IMG/VR virus record: IMGVR_UViG_3300017747_004372
Location: 1 to 36,607 of that record
Reading direction: 5' to 3' (one strand)
Length of the DNA stretch: 36,607 bases
Source of the DNA: a virus
Lineage: Duplodnaviria > Caudoviricetes
The position numbers were made by a program, and so were the translations under genes. Positions within the stretch are counted from its first letter, which is position 1. The number at the start of each line of letters is the position of its first letter. Below are positions 6,540 to 15,457 of this stretch, piece by piece. The notes under the pieces were generated by a model. It was given only the letters and a program-made list of their open reading frames with translations. It was not told where the DNA came from and searched no databases.

Positions 6540-8197
6540 GCGTGGCCAAGCTTCAGGCCGTGCGCGGCGGTGGCCAGCGCTACCCGCTCGAGGGCGACTC
6601 CTGGGAGAAGGAGTTGCTCTGGAAGAGCACCGTGGGCCGGGACGGGCAGATCGTCCGGACCCTCGAGGCCGGGCTCTCCAACGTCTACGCCATCCTCCGC
6701 AACGCCCCCGAGTGGGAGGGCGTGGTGGTCTACAACGACGCCCGCGGCGAGGTGCAATTCGTGGCGCCGCCGCCGTTCGTCGAGGTCGAGCCCGGCGCCT
6801 GGACCCCCGAGCGGTTGAGCCTGGCCACCCGCGTCAAGACGGTGATCTGGCTCGAGCGGGTCTGGCACCTCAAGACGAATTCGAAGGCCGTCGGGGAGGC
6901 CCTCGAGGCCATCGCCGCCAGCCGCAAGATCAACCCCGTCCAGGGGTACCTGAAGGGGCTCCGGTGGGATGGGGTGCCCCGCCTCGATACCTGGCTGGTC
7001 CGCTACTGCGGCACCAAGGACACGCCGTACACCCGGGGCGTCGGGGCCGCCTGGCTCCGGCAGGGCGTCGCTCGAGCCCTCCACCCGGGCTGCCCCTTCT
7101 TCGGGATGCTGGTCCTCGAGGGGCTCCAGGGGCGCGGCAAGTCGACGGTCTTCTCCATCCTCGGCGGGGACTACTTCACGGACGACGTGGTGGACCTGCA
7201 CAACAAGGACGCGGTGGCCCAGGTGCGGCGCTCCTGGATCGTCGAGCTGCCCGAGCTGGCGGCCATGCGTCGCAGCGACCTCGAGGCCACCAAGGCGTTT
7301 CTCACCCGGCGCACGGACAACCAGCGCCTGGCCTACCGCGAAGACCCGGAGATGATGGCCCGCCGATGCATCTTCGGGGGCAGCACCAACGCCGACGTCT
7401 GGCTCGTGGACGTCTCGGGCAACCGGCGATTCTGGCCGGTGAAGGTTGGCCTCATCGACCTCGAGGCCCTGCGCCGGGACCGCGACCAGCTCTGGGCGGA
7501 GGCCATGGCGACCTGGAGCGCGGGCGCCGCCGCCAACCTCGAGGAGCACCTCTGGGCGGAGGCCGCGGAGGAGCAGGGCGACCGGACGATGGACGACGTC
7601 TGGGAGGGGGCGGTCTCCCGCTTCATCGCCAACAAGGCCCAGACCTCCGCCGAGGACGTGCTCGTCGACGCCATCGGGCTGAAGCTCGAGCAGATCACCC
7701 AGCGGGAGCGCCTCCGCATCGGGGACGTGCTCCGCCGCCTGGGCTGGGGGCGCCGCCAGATCCGGGTCAAGCGAGACGGGAAGGACGCGAGGGAGTGGGT
7801 TTTCCTGCCCCTGTCACCGGACACGCCGTCACCAGACGGTCTGTCACCAACCCCCCCTGTCACCAGTGACAACCCTGGAAAAAGCAGCGTTGTCACCAGT
7901 GTCACCAGTCCTGGCTCGCGCACGCCATTTCAACATTCCAAGGCGTCGTCTCAGAATCCTCTCTCTTCTACTACTGGTGACACTGGTGACACTGGTGACA
8001 ACAGGGAGATTCTAGGGGGTTCGGCTGTCACCAACCCCGTCACCAACCCCCCGGTGACGGCTCTGACTGGTGACAAGGCCGCCGCCTGGGATGCCCGCTA
8101 CCACGAGCACCTCGCCGCCCGCCCCGGTGCCATCGGCGCCGCCCTCGCGGCCACCACCGCCGAACTGGGGCCCCGCCCCGAGGAGGAGCCCTCGTGA
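6536..8197 (+). CDS. VapE/VirE-family P-loop ATPase (replicative helicase-type)
   Basis: Motifs NPVQGYL...WDGVPRLD, MLVLEGLQGRGKS (Walker A), WIVELPEL (Walker B), GSTN, GNRRFWPV, RDQLWAEA. Confidence 0.92.
   Translation: MSVAKLQAVRGGGQRYPLEGDSWEKELLWKSTVGRDGQIVRTLEAGLSNVYAILRNAPEWEGVVVYNDARGEVQFVAPPPFVEVEPGAWTPERLSLATRVKTVIWLERVWHLKTNSKAVGEALEAIAASRKINPVQGYLKGLRWDGVPRLDTWLVRYCGTKDTPYTRGVGAAWLRQGVARALHPGCPFFGMLVLEGLQGRGKSTVFSILGGDYFTDDVVDLHNKDAVAQVRRSWIVELPELAAMRRSDLEATKAFLTRRTDNQRLAYREDPEMMARRCIFGGSTNADVWLVDVSGNRRFWPVKVGLIDLEALRRDRDQLWAEAMATWSAGAAANLEEHLWAEAAEEQGDRTMDDVWEGAVSRFIANKAQTSAEDVLVDAIGLKLEQITQRERLRIGDVLRRLGWGRRQIRVKRDGKDAREWVFLPLSPDTPSPDGLSPTPPVTSDNPGKSSVVTSVTSPGSRTPFQHSKASSQNPLSSTTGDTGDTGDNREILGGSAVTNPVTNPPVTALTGDKAAAWDARYHEHLAARPGAIGAALAATTAELGPRPEEEPS
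7811..8077. repeat. Iteron-like array (GTCACC/GGTGAC), probable replication origin
   Basis: Eight forward and five inverted copies around a lower-GC core at about 7925-7975. Confidence 0.75.
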
Positions 8198-8952
8198 CCT
8201 GGACCCTCCACCATGGCGACTGCATCGAGTGGATGCGCTCGCTGCCAGACAAGAGCGTCGACCATGTGATCGCGGACCCGCCTTACGAGGCCGCGGCGCA
8301 TACGGCGGGGCGACGGATAAGGGGCAAGACGCTCCCCGGAGGAGGTCGAGAGATCGTTACGGTACCTCTGTCATTCCCGCCCATCTCGGCTGCAGAGCGC
8401 TCCGCGGCCGGCGCGGAGATCGCTCGCGTTGTCCGTCGCTGGGCTCTGGTGTTCTGCCAGATCGAAGCCGCGATGCTTTGGGTGGAAGCGCTCCGTCCGT
8501 TGGCCTACAAACGGACGTGCCTTTGGGTAAAGCCCGATGGCCAGCCGCAGCTCTCTGGCGACCGCCCAGGCATGGGTTACGAGTGCATCGTCGCCTGTCA
8601 TCCTAGCGGGCGTTCCAGGTGGAACGGTGGCGGCAAGCTGGGGGTGTTCACTCAAACAAAGACGCCTCTCGGTGGCGCCAAGAATCCCCACCCGACCACC
8701 AAGCCGCTGCCGCTTATGCTGGAGCTTGTCTCGCTCTTCACCGACCCCGGCGAGACCATCCTTGACCCGTTCGCCGGCAGCGGCACAACCGGCGTAGCCG
8801 CGCTCCGGTTGGGGCGGCACTTCCTCGGCGCCGAGATGGACGCGACCCACCACGCCACCGCAACCGCCCGGCTCCGCGCCGAGGAGAGCGGCAGCACGCT
8901 GGGCGCCGTCCGTGCCGGTCAACTGGCGCTCATCGAAGGAGCCGCAGAATGA
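8194..8952 (+). CDS. N6-adenine/N4-cytosine DNA methyltransferase, beta class
   Basis: GDCIEWM...IADPPY (motif IV), then HPTTKP and ILDPFAGSGTT (motif I). Confidence 0.95.
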   Translation: MTWTLHHGDCIEWMRSLPDKSVDHVIADPPYEAAAHTAGRRIRGKTLPGGGREIVTVPLSFPPISAAERSAAGAEIARVVRRWALVFCQIEAAMLWVEALRPLAYKRTCLWVKPDGQPQLSGDRPGMGYECIVACHPSGRSRWNGGGKLGVFTQTKTPLGGAKNPHPTTKPLPLMLELVSLFTDPGETILDPFAGSGTTGVAALRLGRHFLGAEMDATHHATATARLRAEESGSTLGAVRAGQLALIEGAAE

Positions 8953-9524
8953 TCCGCCTCTCCGAGCTCGCCCAGGACGAAGCCCTCGCCACCGGCGCCG
9001 TGCTCGCCAGCCCCCACCACAGCGCCGCGGCGCTCACCAAGGCCCAGGCCAGGGTGAAGGCCCTCCAGAGCCTGCTCGACCTCACCCGGCACCAGCTCAC
9101 CGAAGCCCTGCGCGAGCTCGACGAGCAGGCCCCGCGGTGGCGCACCCTGTTCATCGTGACCGCGCCCATCGCCACCGTGAGCGAGGCGAACCAAAGGGAC
9201 CACCATCAGGTCAAGGGGAAGCGGGCCGCGCGCCAGAGGGACGCCCTGACGGCTGCCCTCCGGTGCCTGTCGGTCAACCCCGAGGAGATGCCCCGGCGCC
9301 TCCGCGTCACGTTCACGCGGCTGGCCTCGGGCACCCTCGATGACGACAACCTCAGCGGGGCCTTCAAAGCGTGCCGCGACGCGGTAGCCGCATGGCTCGG
9401 CGTCGACGACGGGCCCCGAGGACCGATCACCTGGAGCTACGCCCAGGAGCCCCACAAGCGACACCGCAACAGCCCGGGCATCCTCGTGACCTTCGAGGAG
9501 CCGGCGCCGAGGAGGACGCCATGA
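8949..9524 (+). CDS. RusA-like Holliday junction resolvase
   Basis: VSEAN...RVTFTR...LDDDNLSGAFKACRDAVAAWLGVDD...GILVTF. Confidence 0.75.
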   Translation: MIRLSELAQDEALATGAVLASPHHSAAALTKAQARVKALQSLLDLTRHQLTEALRELDEQAPRWRTLFIVTAPIATVSEANQRDHHQVKGKRAARQRDALTAALRCLSVNPEEMPRRLRVTFTRLASGTLDDDNLSGAFKACRDAVAAWLGVDDGPRGPITWSYAQEPHKRHRNSPGILVTFEEPAPRRTP

Positions 9525-9667
9525 CCTGCAAGACCACCTTCGCTCTTTGCCAAGGCGAGACCTCGCCCGCGCTGTGGAAGGCCGCCTTCCACCCTGACGC
9601 GCAGTGCGTCGACCAATTTGGATCGTGGTACATGCCCTGGTGCTTCGGCGGGGGGTGGTGCCTGTGA
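9521..9667 (+). CDS. 48-aa Cys/Trp-rich peptide
   Basis: GGAGG SD with ATGA and GTGA overlaps: MTCKTTFALCQGETSPALWKAAFHPDAQCVDQFGSWYMPWCFGGGWCL. Confidence 0.6.
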   Translation: MTCKTTFALCQGETSPALWKAAFHPDAQCVDQFGSWYMPWCFGGGWCL

Positions 9668-9855
9668 CCTCTCCCGCCCCGTCCCTGACCTGCATGGGTC
9701 TCCCCGCTCGCCTCGTCTCCAGCAAGGCCCGCGACGTCGCCCTGTTCTTCCCCGACGAGCCGCCGCCCCTCCACTACCGCGCATGCGTCCTGGAGGATGG
9801 CCGGTGCGTCGCCGTGCCGTCCTCGTGGGTCCAGCGCGCGGAGGAGAGCCCATGA
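9664..9855 (+). CDS. Hypothetical protein
   Basis: Coupled GTG start; VTSPAPSLTC... Confidence 0.6.
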   Translation: MTSPAPSLTCMGLPARLVSSKARDVALFFPDEPPPLHYRACVLEDGRCVAVPSSWVQRAEESP

Positions 9856-10157
9856 GCTGCCCCGCCACCACCCTCGACTTCGGCGAGCTGGTCCGCTGCC
9901 GCCTCCCCGAGGGCCACGCAGGGCCCCACGAGGACGGCTGCATCGGCTGGTACGCCCCACCACACCCGGGGCCCTACAGCGAGAGCCCACCCCCCGACGA
10001 CCTCGCCGCCTGGCGTGGCCTTGCCATCGCCCTGCGGGGGCGCCTCACCGCCACCCAGGAGGCAGCGCGGGCGTATGTCGAGGCCAGGGAACGGGTGGAC
10101 CCCGAAGGCGAGCGCAAGGCGAAGGAGAGGCTGGAGGAGGTGCTGCGTGACCGGTGA
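9852..10157 (+). CDS. Hypothetical protein with a C...CRLPEGHAGPH metal-binding motif
   Basis: GAGGAG SD and ATGA overlap. Confidence 0.65.
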   Translation: MSCPATTLDFGELVRCRLPEGHAGPHEDGCIGWYAPPHPGPYSESPPPDDLAAWRGLAIALRGRLTATQEAARAYVEARERVDPEGERKAKERLEEVLRDR

Positions 10158-10458
10158 GCCCCCGTCCGACACAGCGCATGAGGACGCCATCGCCAGGGCT
10201 CGCGCCATAGCCTACGGGGTCGCCCTCGATGGCCTGGGCGTGCCCTTCGACCCCGACGCCAGCCCCCTGACCCTGCTCCTTCTGGTCCAGCAGGAGACCG
10301 CGCGGGCCCGCGAGCTGGAGGAGGCGGTAGCCGACTACCTCAGCGCCCTCGACGCGGCTGGGGAAGACGACCCGCCCGGCGTGGCCCGCCTCCGGGAGCT
10401 GTGCCCGGTGATGACCCTCAAGGACGCCTTCAAGGCGCTGAACACGGTGGAACCATGA
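10147..10458 (+). CDS. Hypothetical protein
   Basis: GGAGG SD; GTG start overlapping the previous gene by 11 nt. Confidence 0.65.
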   Translation: MTGEPPSDTAHEDAIARARAIAYGVALDGLGVPFDPDASPLTLLLLVQQETARARELEEAVADYLSALDAAGEDDPPGVARLRELCPVMTLKDAFKALNTVEP

Positions 10459-10745
10459 GCACGCCCCCACGCTTGCCCCCCGAGCTGACCCTCAAGATCC
10501 GCGCTGCGCGTGACCACCACGTCATGAAGGTCGCCGGGCTCCTGGCACAGCACTTCCCCGGGGGTGGTTCACGAGAGCCCGCGGCCCTCGCGGGAGCCCT
10601 CCAAGACCTCACCCTCGATGCCCTCCTCGCCATCGCCGAGGCGTCCTACACGCAGGGCCTCGCCACCGCGGGCGACGCTCGCCAGGCCATCGACGATCTG
10701 GCCACCCTGCGCGCCGCCGCTCGCATCCTGACGGGGGGACGATGA
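10455..10745 (+). CDS. Hypothetical protein
   Basis: ATGA overlaps at both ends. Confidence 0.65.
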   Translation: MSTPPRLPPELTLKIRAARDHHVMKVAGLLAQHFPGGGSREPAALAGALQDLTLDALLAIAEASYTQGLATAGDARQAIDDLATLRAAARILTGGR

Positions 10746-10969
10746 CCCGCATCGAACGGCGCCGCCGTGCTCGCCTGGCCGTGGCCTGGCGCCGCTATCG
10801 CCGCGTCCAGCGTGACGAGATGGGCCAGACCCGGCGCCCCGTCGCCTGTGGCTGCTCGATGGCGGCCCTCAACGCCCTCTGGGGTCTGGTCGATGCAGAG
10901 GTCCGGGCCGGCGAGAAGCTCTGGCCCAAGGTCATGACGGGCGGAACCCTGAAGGTGTACGGCCGATGA
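10742..10969 (+). CDS. Hypothetical basic protein
   Basis: ATGA overlaps at both ends. Confidence 0.6.
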   Translation: MTRIERRRRARLAVAWRRYRRVQRDEMGQTRRPVACGCSMAALNALWGLVDAEVRAGEKLWPKVMTGGTLKVYGR

Positions 10970-11457
10970 CCACCCGCGAGGGGACCGCCGCCGCCCGTTC
11001 CTCGGGCCGTTCGGGGAAAACCATCCGACTGGTCGGGGACGACACTCGGCCCGCTCCCGAAATCGGGGAAGCGCGCCCCATCGCAGGCATCCCCCTCGCG
11101 TCAGAAAAGGCCGCGTACATCCTCGGACTGAAGCTCTCCGGGGTCTGGAACTCCAACCACCGGAACAAGCTCGCCGCGGAGTGGGGTTGCACCCCCGACG
11201 GCGTGGACAAGGTTGCGGAGAAGGTCAACGCCGTCCTCGCCCGGATCATCGGCGACGACCCCACCCGGCGCCTCGTGGTCTCCCAGCTCCTGCTCGCGCT
11301 CCGGGAGGTCGAGACGGTGGCGGACCCCGCCAAGCGCATCCCCCTGCGGGTCAAGGTGGTAGCCGAACTGTCGAAAGTCACCGGCCTCGTCAAGAGCTCC
11401 TTCAGCCTCACCCCCTCCGGCGGTCTCTCCCTCGACGCCCTCAAGGGGGGCTCGTGA
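10966..11457 (+). CDS. Putative terminase small subunit (HTH)
   Basis: HTH-like RNKLAAEWGCTPDGVDKV followed by a helical region; close upstream of TerL. The call rests mainly on position. Confidence 0.45.
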   Translation: MTTREGTAAARSSGRSGKTIRLVGDDTRPAPEIGEARPIAGIPLASEKAAYILGLKLSGVWNSNHRNKLAAEWGCTPDGVDKVAEKVNAVLARIIGDDPTRRLVVSQLLLALREVETVADPAKRIPLRVKVVAELSKVTGLVKSSFSLTPSGGLSLDALKGGS

Positions 11458-11798
11458 GGGTTGCCGATCTCCAGCCCGAGACGCCCCCGCCCGCGTGGCT
11501 CCTGCACAAGCCCACGTTCAGGCTCACCCGGGAGCGGGTCGAACTACTCCACGTTGCGGTGACCGCGGCGCACGTCGCTGGCGTGGTCAACGGCGAGACC
11601 CGAGGAGCCCCCGACCCGGAGCGTTTCCGCATCTGGCTCTTCGGGGCACAGTACGACCCCGCAGACGCCGTGGTGGCCATCGCCCTCAGGATCGCGGCCC
11701 ACCCCCCGGAGCTGCAAGACCGCCCGGTGTTCCAGCACCTCCTTGGCAAGATGGAAGACCTGGCCGATGCGTGGCCCTGGTGGACGGTGAGGTCATGA
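11454..11798 (+). CDS. Hypothetical protein
   Basis: GTGA and ATGA coupling; VRVADLQPETPPP... Confidence 0.65.
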   Translation: MRVADLQPETPPPAWLLHKPTFRLTRERVELLHVAVTAAHVAGVVNGETRGAPDPERFRIWLFGAQYDPADAVVAIALRIAAHPPELQDRPVFQHLLGKMEDLADAWPWWTVRS

Positions 11799-12052
11799 GC
11801 GCCATCGTCCAGATCCACTGGCCCTCGATGCGGGTCGACACCCTGCCCTCCGGCAGCCCGGTGCCTCGCGTGGGCGAGGAGGTCACCGCCCTCGACCTCC
11901 AGCCCCTTTCGGGAGGGCGCCGGGGTGTCCGTCGGGTCATGCGCCGCGGCATCGTGGCCAGCGTGGTCTACCTCCTGGAGCGCGACGAGCTGCCACCTAC
12001 GACGGAGCGCCGCCTCTGGGTCCAGGTCACCATGAGGCGCTGTGGCCGCTAA
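11795..12052 (+). CDS. Hypothetical protein
   Basis: GAGG SD with ATG at 11795; MSAIVQIHW... Confidence 0.6.
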   Translation: MSAIVQIHWPSMRVDTLPSGSPVPRVGEEVTALDLQPLSGGRRGVRRVMRRGIVASVVYLLERDELPPTTERRLWVQVTMRRCGR

Positions 12053-13616
12053 GAAGAAGGCCCCCGCCGAGCCCTCGGGCCCGCCCACGCTGGAGGATCT
12101 CCTGACCTCCCGGCTCGGCTTCGGTCTACCGACCGCGACCCCGGTGCAGCGCGCCGTGTGCAGGGCCATCGAGGGGCGTCCGCTCGGCGACCTCGCCAGC
12201 GAGCCCAACGTGCTCCGGGCCTTCGGTGGCGCCGCTGCCGTCGAGGCGCTGCCCCTTGCTCGCCCCCGCGAGGTCTACCTGATCGCCGGCATCCGCGCGG
12301 CGAAGAGCCTGATTGCTGCCGCCGCCGCGGTGCTGTCCACGCAGACGGTCGACATCTCCCAGCTCGGCGCTGGCGAGATGGCGCGCGTGTCGGTGGTGTC
12401 GCTGAGCATCGACACGGCCAAGGTGGTCTACGGCCACATCCTGGGCAACGTCCAGGCAAGCCCGGTGCTCCGGCAGCTCCTGGTGGGCGAGCCCACCGCC
12501 GACACGGTGACGCTACGCCATCCGTCCGGGCGCCCCATCGAGATCAAGGTCGTCGCAGGCAGCAAGGCCGGCGGCACCCTCGTTGCTCGCTGGTCGGCAG
12601 GCGTCATCTTCGACGAGGCCCCGCGCATGAGCGGCGATGAGGCCGTCGTCAACTTCAGCGACGCCCGCGCTGCGGTCCTCGGCCGTCTGCTCCCCGGCGC
12701 CCAGCTTCTCGCCATCGGCTCGCCCTGGGAGGCAGAGGGCCCCGTCTACGAGACCGTCATGGCTCGCCATGGCGCCCCCACCGCGAGCCTCGTGGTGGTC
12801 CGTGCGCCCGCGGACGTCATGAACCCCGTCTGGTGGACGGCGGAGAAGGTGGACGAGTTCCGGCGCGACAACCCGGAGCTGGCCAGGACGGAGATCGATG
12901 CGGAGTTCGGCCTCGTCAACGGCGCCTCGTTCTTCGTGGCCAGCGACTTCGAGCTGCTCTTCAGCGACGGCGCCCGGCGCGACGCGGGCCCCGGTGACCT
13001 GATCTCGTCGGCGGTCGACCTCGGGTTCGTTCGGAACTCCGCGACCCTCGCTGTCCTGTCGGAGCGCTCCGGCGTGGCGGACGCCATCGACCTCCAGGAG
13101 CTACGCCCCGAGCCCACCCGGGCCCTCGTCCCCTCCGTCGTCTGCTCCTCCTTTGCCGCCGCGCTGAAGGCCCGGCACTGCGGGATGGCCGTGGCCGACG
13201 GGCACTACCGGGAGACGCTCCGCGAGCACACCGATCCCGTCGGCGTGAGCCTGTACGACGGCCCAGGCCCCGGCGAGCGGTTCCTGGCGCTGCGGCTCCA
13301 GGTGCGCGCCGGCACGCTGCGGGTCAACCCCGCGCTGCCCGAGGCCCAACGGCTCCGGCGCCAGCTCGGGCAGGTGCGCCCCCGCCTCGCCCCCGGAGGC
13401 GTGCTCTCGGTGGTGCTGCCCGAGGACACCGACGGATCCCACTGCGACCTTGCGGACGTGCTCGCGCGCGCCGCGTGGGGTCGCCAGCGCTACGGGGGCA
13501 CGCCGGTGCCTGCCCCCGTCAACCCCATCGACGCCCTGGAAGCGTCGCTCATCGCTCGGCTCGAAACCCGCGCGAACGAGGAGAAGAACAAGCCATGGTA
13601 TCGAAGGCAATCCTGA
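12042..13616 (+). CDS. terL: Terminase large subunit
   Basis: TPVQ, Walker A IAGIRAAKS, Walker B VIFDEA, coupling motif AIGSP, nuclease motifs AVDLG...AD...HCDLAD. Confidence 0.9.
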   Translation: MAAKKKAPAEPSGPPTLEDLLTSRLGFGLPTATPVQRAVCRAIEGRPLGDLASEPNVLRAFGGAAAVEALPLARPREVYLIAGIRAAKSLIAAAAAVLSTQTVDISQLGAGEMARVSVVSLSIDTAKVVYGHILGNVQASPVLRQLLVGEPTADTVTLRHPSGRPIEIKVVAGSKAGGTLVARWSAGVIFDEAPRMSGDEAVVNFSDARAAVLGRLLPGAQLLAIGSPWEAEGPVYETVMARHGAPTASLVVVRAPADVMNPVWWTAEKVDEFRRDNPELARTEIDAEFGLVNGASFFVASDFELLFSDGARRDAGPGDLISSAVDLGFVRNSATLAVLSERSGVADAIDLQELRPEPTRALVPSVVCSSFAAALKARHCGMAVADGHYRETLREHTDPVGVSLYDGPGPGERFLALRLQVRAGTLRVNPALPEAQRLRRQLGQVRPRLAPGGVLSVVLPEDTDGSHCDLADVLARAAWGRQRYGGTPVPAPVNPIDALEASLIARLETRANEEKNKPWYRRQS

Positions 13617-15457
13617 ACAGGCTCGATCGGCGCTGGTGGTTCGTCGACAAGGACGACGTCCACGGCACCCTGACGACCGCGCTCGATCTGGCGATGGCGC
13701 ACGACCGGCAGCGCATCGACTACTACCGGATCCTCGCGCTGCTGCACGATGAGCACGACCGCCAGTGCATGTGGGGCGGTCGCGTCGTCGACCGGGAGCA
13801 GGATTACCGGGTGCCGCGCAACGTGCTCCGGCGCCTCGTGTCGACGGCGCATGCTCGCCTGATCTCGACCATCCCGAGGCCCTTCTACTGCTCCGACGGC
13901 GGGGACTTCGAGCTGAGGCAGAAGCTCGAAGACCTCAACACCGCGGTGCATGGCCTCTTCCTCTCCAACAAGGTCGACAGCTACGCCAACCTCGCGCAGC
14001 GCCATGCGCTCACGTTCGGGGACGGCTTCGTCAAGGTGAGCCCGATCCTGCACACCAAGAACCCGAGGGTCTGTGTGGAGAGGGTCTACCCCTGGGAGGT
14101 GTACGTCGATCCCCTGGACGGGCTCTACGGGGAGCCCCGCTGCTACTACCAGGTCCGCTGGATCGACCGCGCCCACCTGATCGCGCTCTGGCCGAAATAC
14201 GCCAAGGACATCTTCGACGCGACCACGGACCGTCCCGAGTGGGCGGGCTGGCTCGACGGGATGAGCGACCCGGTGCGCGTCATTGAGGCATGGTACCTCG
14301 ACCCGGACGGCGACATGGGCCGGCATGTGGTGGCCGTCAGCAGCGCCACGCTCATCGATGAGCCGTACCTGTACGACGTGCCCCCGCTGGTGAGGTTCCA
14401 GCACGCGGCGCCCCTGTCGGGCTTCTGGGGGGATGGGCTCGCCCACGAGGTCGCCGGCCAGCAGATGGAACTCAACGACATCATGAGCGCCATGAGTGAG
14501 ACGGTGAAGCTGGGCGCGTGGCCGACGCTCCTGGTGGAGAAGTCGTCCGAGGTCGAGGTGGGGCAGATCGATAACTCCCCGATGAAGATGCTCAAGTACC
14601 GGGGCACCCCTCCGATCATTCAGACGGCGCAGGGCCTCACCGCCGAGTCCTCGCGCTACGCCGACAGCATCGCCCAGTCGATGTACGAGACGAGCGGCGT
14701 CAGCCAGTACGCGGCCAGCTCGACCAAGCCCGCGGGGCTCCAGAGCGGTCGGAGCCTCCGGATCTTCGCCGACCAGCAGGAAGGCAACTTGCGCGAGGGG
14801 AGCGACCTCCGCGCGCAGAGCTACCTGGCCTTGGGGATGGCGCTGGTCCGTGCTCAGCGCGCCGTGGCCGAGGTGCGCCCCGACGTGAGGGTGATCTTCA
14901 GCGACCCGCGCGAGCGCAAGGTGGTGAGCCTCCGCTGGAAAGAGATCGACCTCCCCGACGACGGGCTGGAGATGGTTGCGGCGCCGGTGTCGATCCTCCC
15001 GAGCACGCCCGCAGCGAAGGCCGCCGCCCTGGAGGAGCTGATGAACGCCGGCGTGCTGAGCCCCGAGGAGTTCCGGGAAAACCTCGACCTGCCCGACGTC
15101 AAGGCCCTCAACAAGACGGCCACCGCGCCCAGGAGGGTGATCGAGATGCAGATGTTGGAGATGATCCGCGATGGGGTGCCCCAGTCGCCGGAGCCCTTCT
15201 TTCCCCTCGACCTCGCCCTCCAGCTTGCCGGCCAGCACTACTGCCAAGCGGTGGTCGATGGCGCCAGCGAGGACCGCCTGGAGCTGGTCCGCCGGTACAT
15301 CCAGGCGATCACCGACCTCCAGGCCCCGCCGCCACCCCCCGAGGGCGGCGCACCCCCGCCCCCCGAGATGCCCGCCGAGGAGATGTCGCCCCCTGAGGGC
15401 GCGCCGCCTCCCGAGATGATGCCCGAGATGACCCCTCCCCAGGAGATGATGGCATGA
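13595..15457 (+). CDS. Portal protein (podovirus/P22-like), about 620 aa
   Basis: Follows TerL; motifs NVLRRLV, ALTFGDGFVKV, ERVYPWEVYVDP, FWGDGL, ETSGVS, SGRSL; Pro/Glu/Met tail. Start taken at ATG 13595. Confidence 0.85.
   Translation: MVSKAILNRLDRRWWFVDKDDVHGTLTTALDLAMAHDRQRIDYYRILALLHDEHDRQCMWGGRVVDREQDYRVPRNVLRRLVSTAHARLISTIPRPFYCSDGGDFELRQKLEDLNTAVHGLFLSNKVDSYANLAQRHALTFGDGFVKVSPILHTKNPRVCVERVYPWEVYVDPLDGLYGEPRCYYQVRWIDRAHLIALWPKYAKDIFDATTDRPEWAGWLDGMSDPVRVIEAWYLDPDGDMGRHVVAVSSATLIDEPYLYDVPPLVRFQHAAPLSGFWGDGLAHEVAGQQMELNDIMSAMSETVKLGAWPTLLVEKSSEVEVGQIDNSPMKMLKYRGTPPIIQTAQGLTAESSRYADSIAQSMYETSGVSQYAASSTKPAGLQSGRSLRIFADQQEGNLREGSDLRAQSYLALGMALVRAQRAVAEVRPDVRVIFSDPRERKVVSLRWKEIDLPDDGLEMVAAPVSILPSTPAAKAAALEELMNAGVLSPEEFRENLDLPDVKALNKTATAPRRVIEMQMLEMIRDGVPQSPEPFFPLDLALQLAGQHYCQAVVDGASEDRLELVRRYIQAITDLQAPPPPPEGGAPPPPEMPAEEMSPPEGAPPPEMMPEMTPPQEMMA

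Noticed and set aside
7811-8077. Repeat array as a CRISPR or mini-CRISPR
   Set aside because: The units are 6-9 bp, in both orientations and irregularly spaced inside a CDS, and there are no cas genes.
15320-15457. CCCGAGATG-type repeats at the end of the portal gene
   Set aside because: They are explained by a low-complexity Pro/Glu/Met tail, which is common on such portals.
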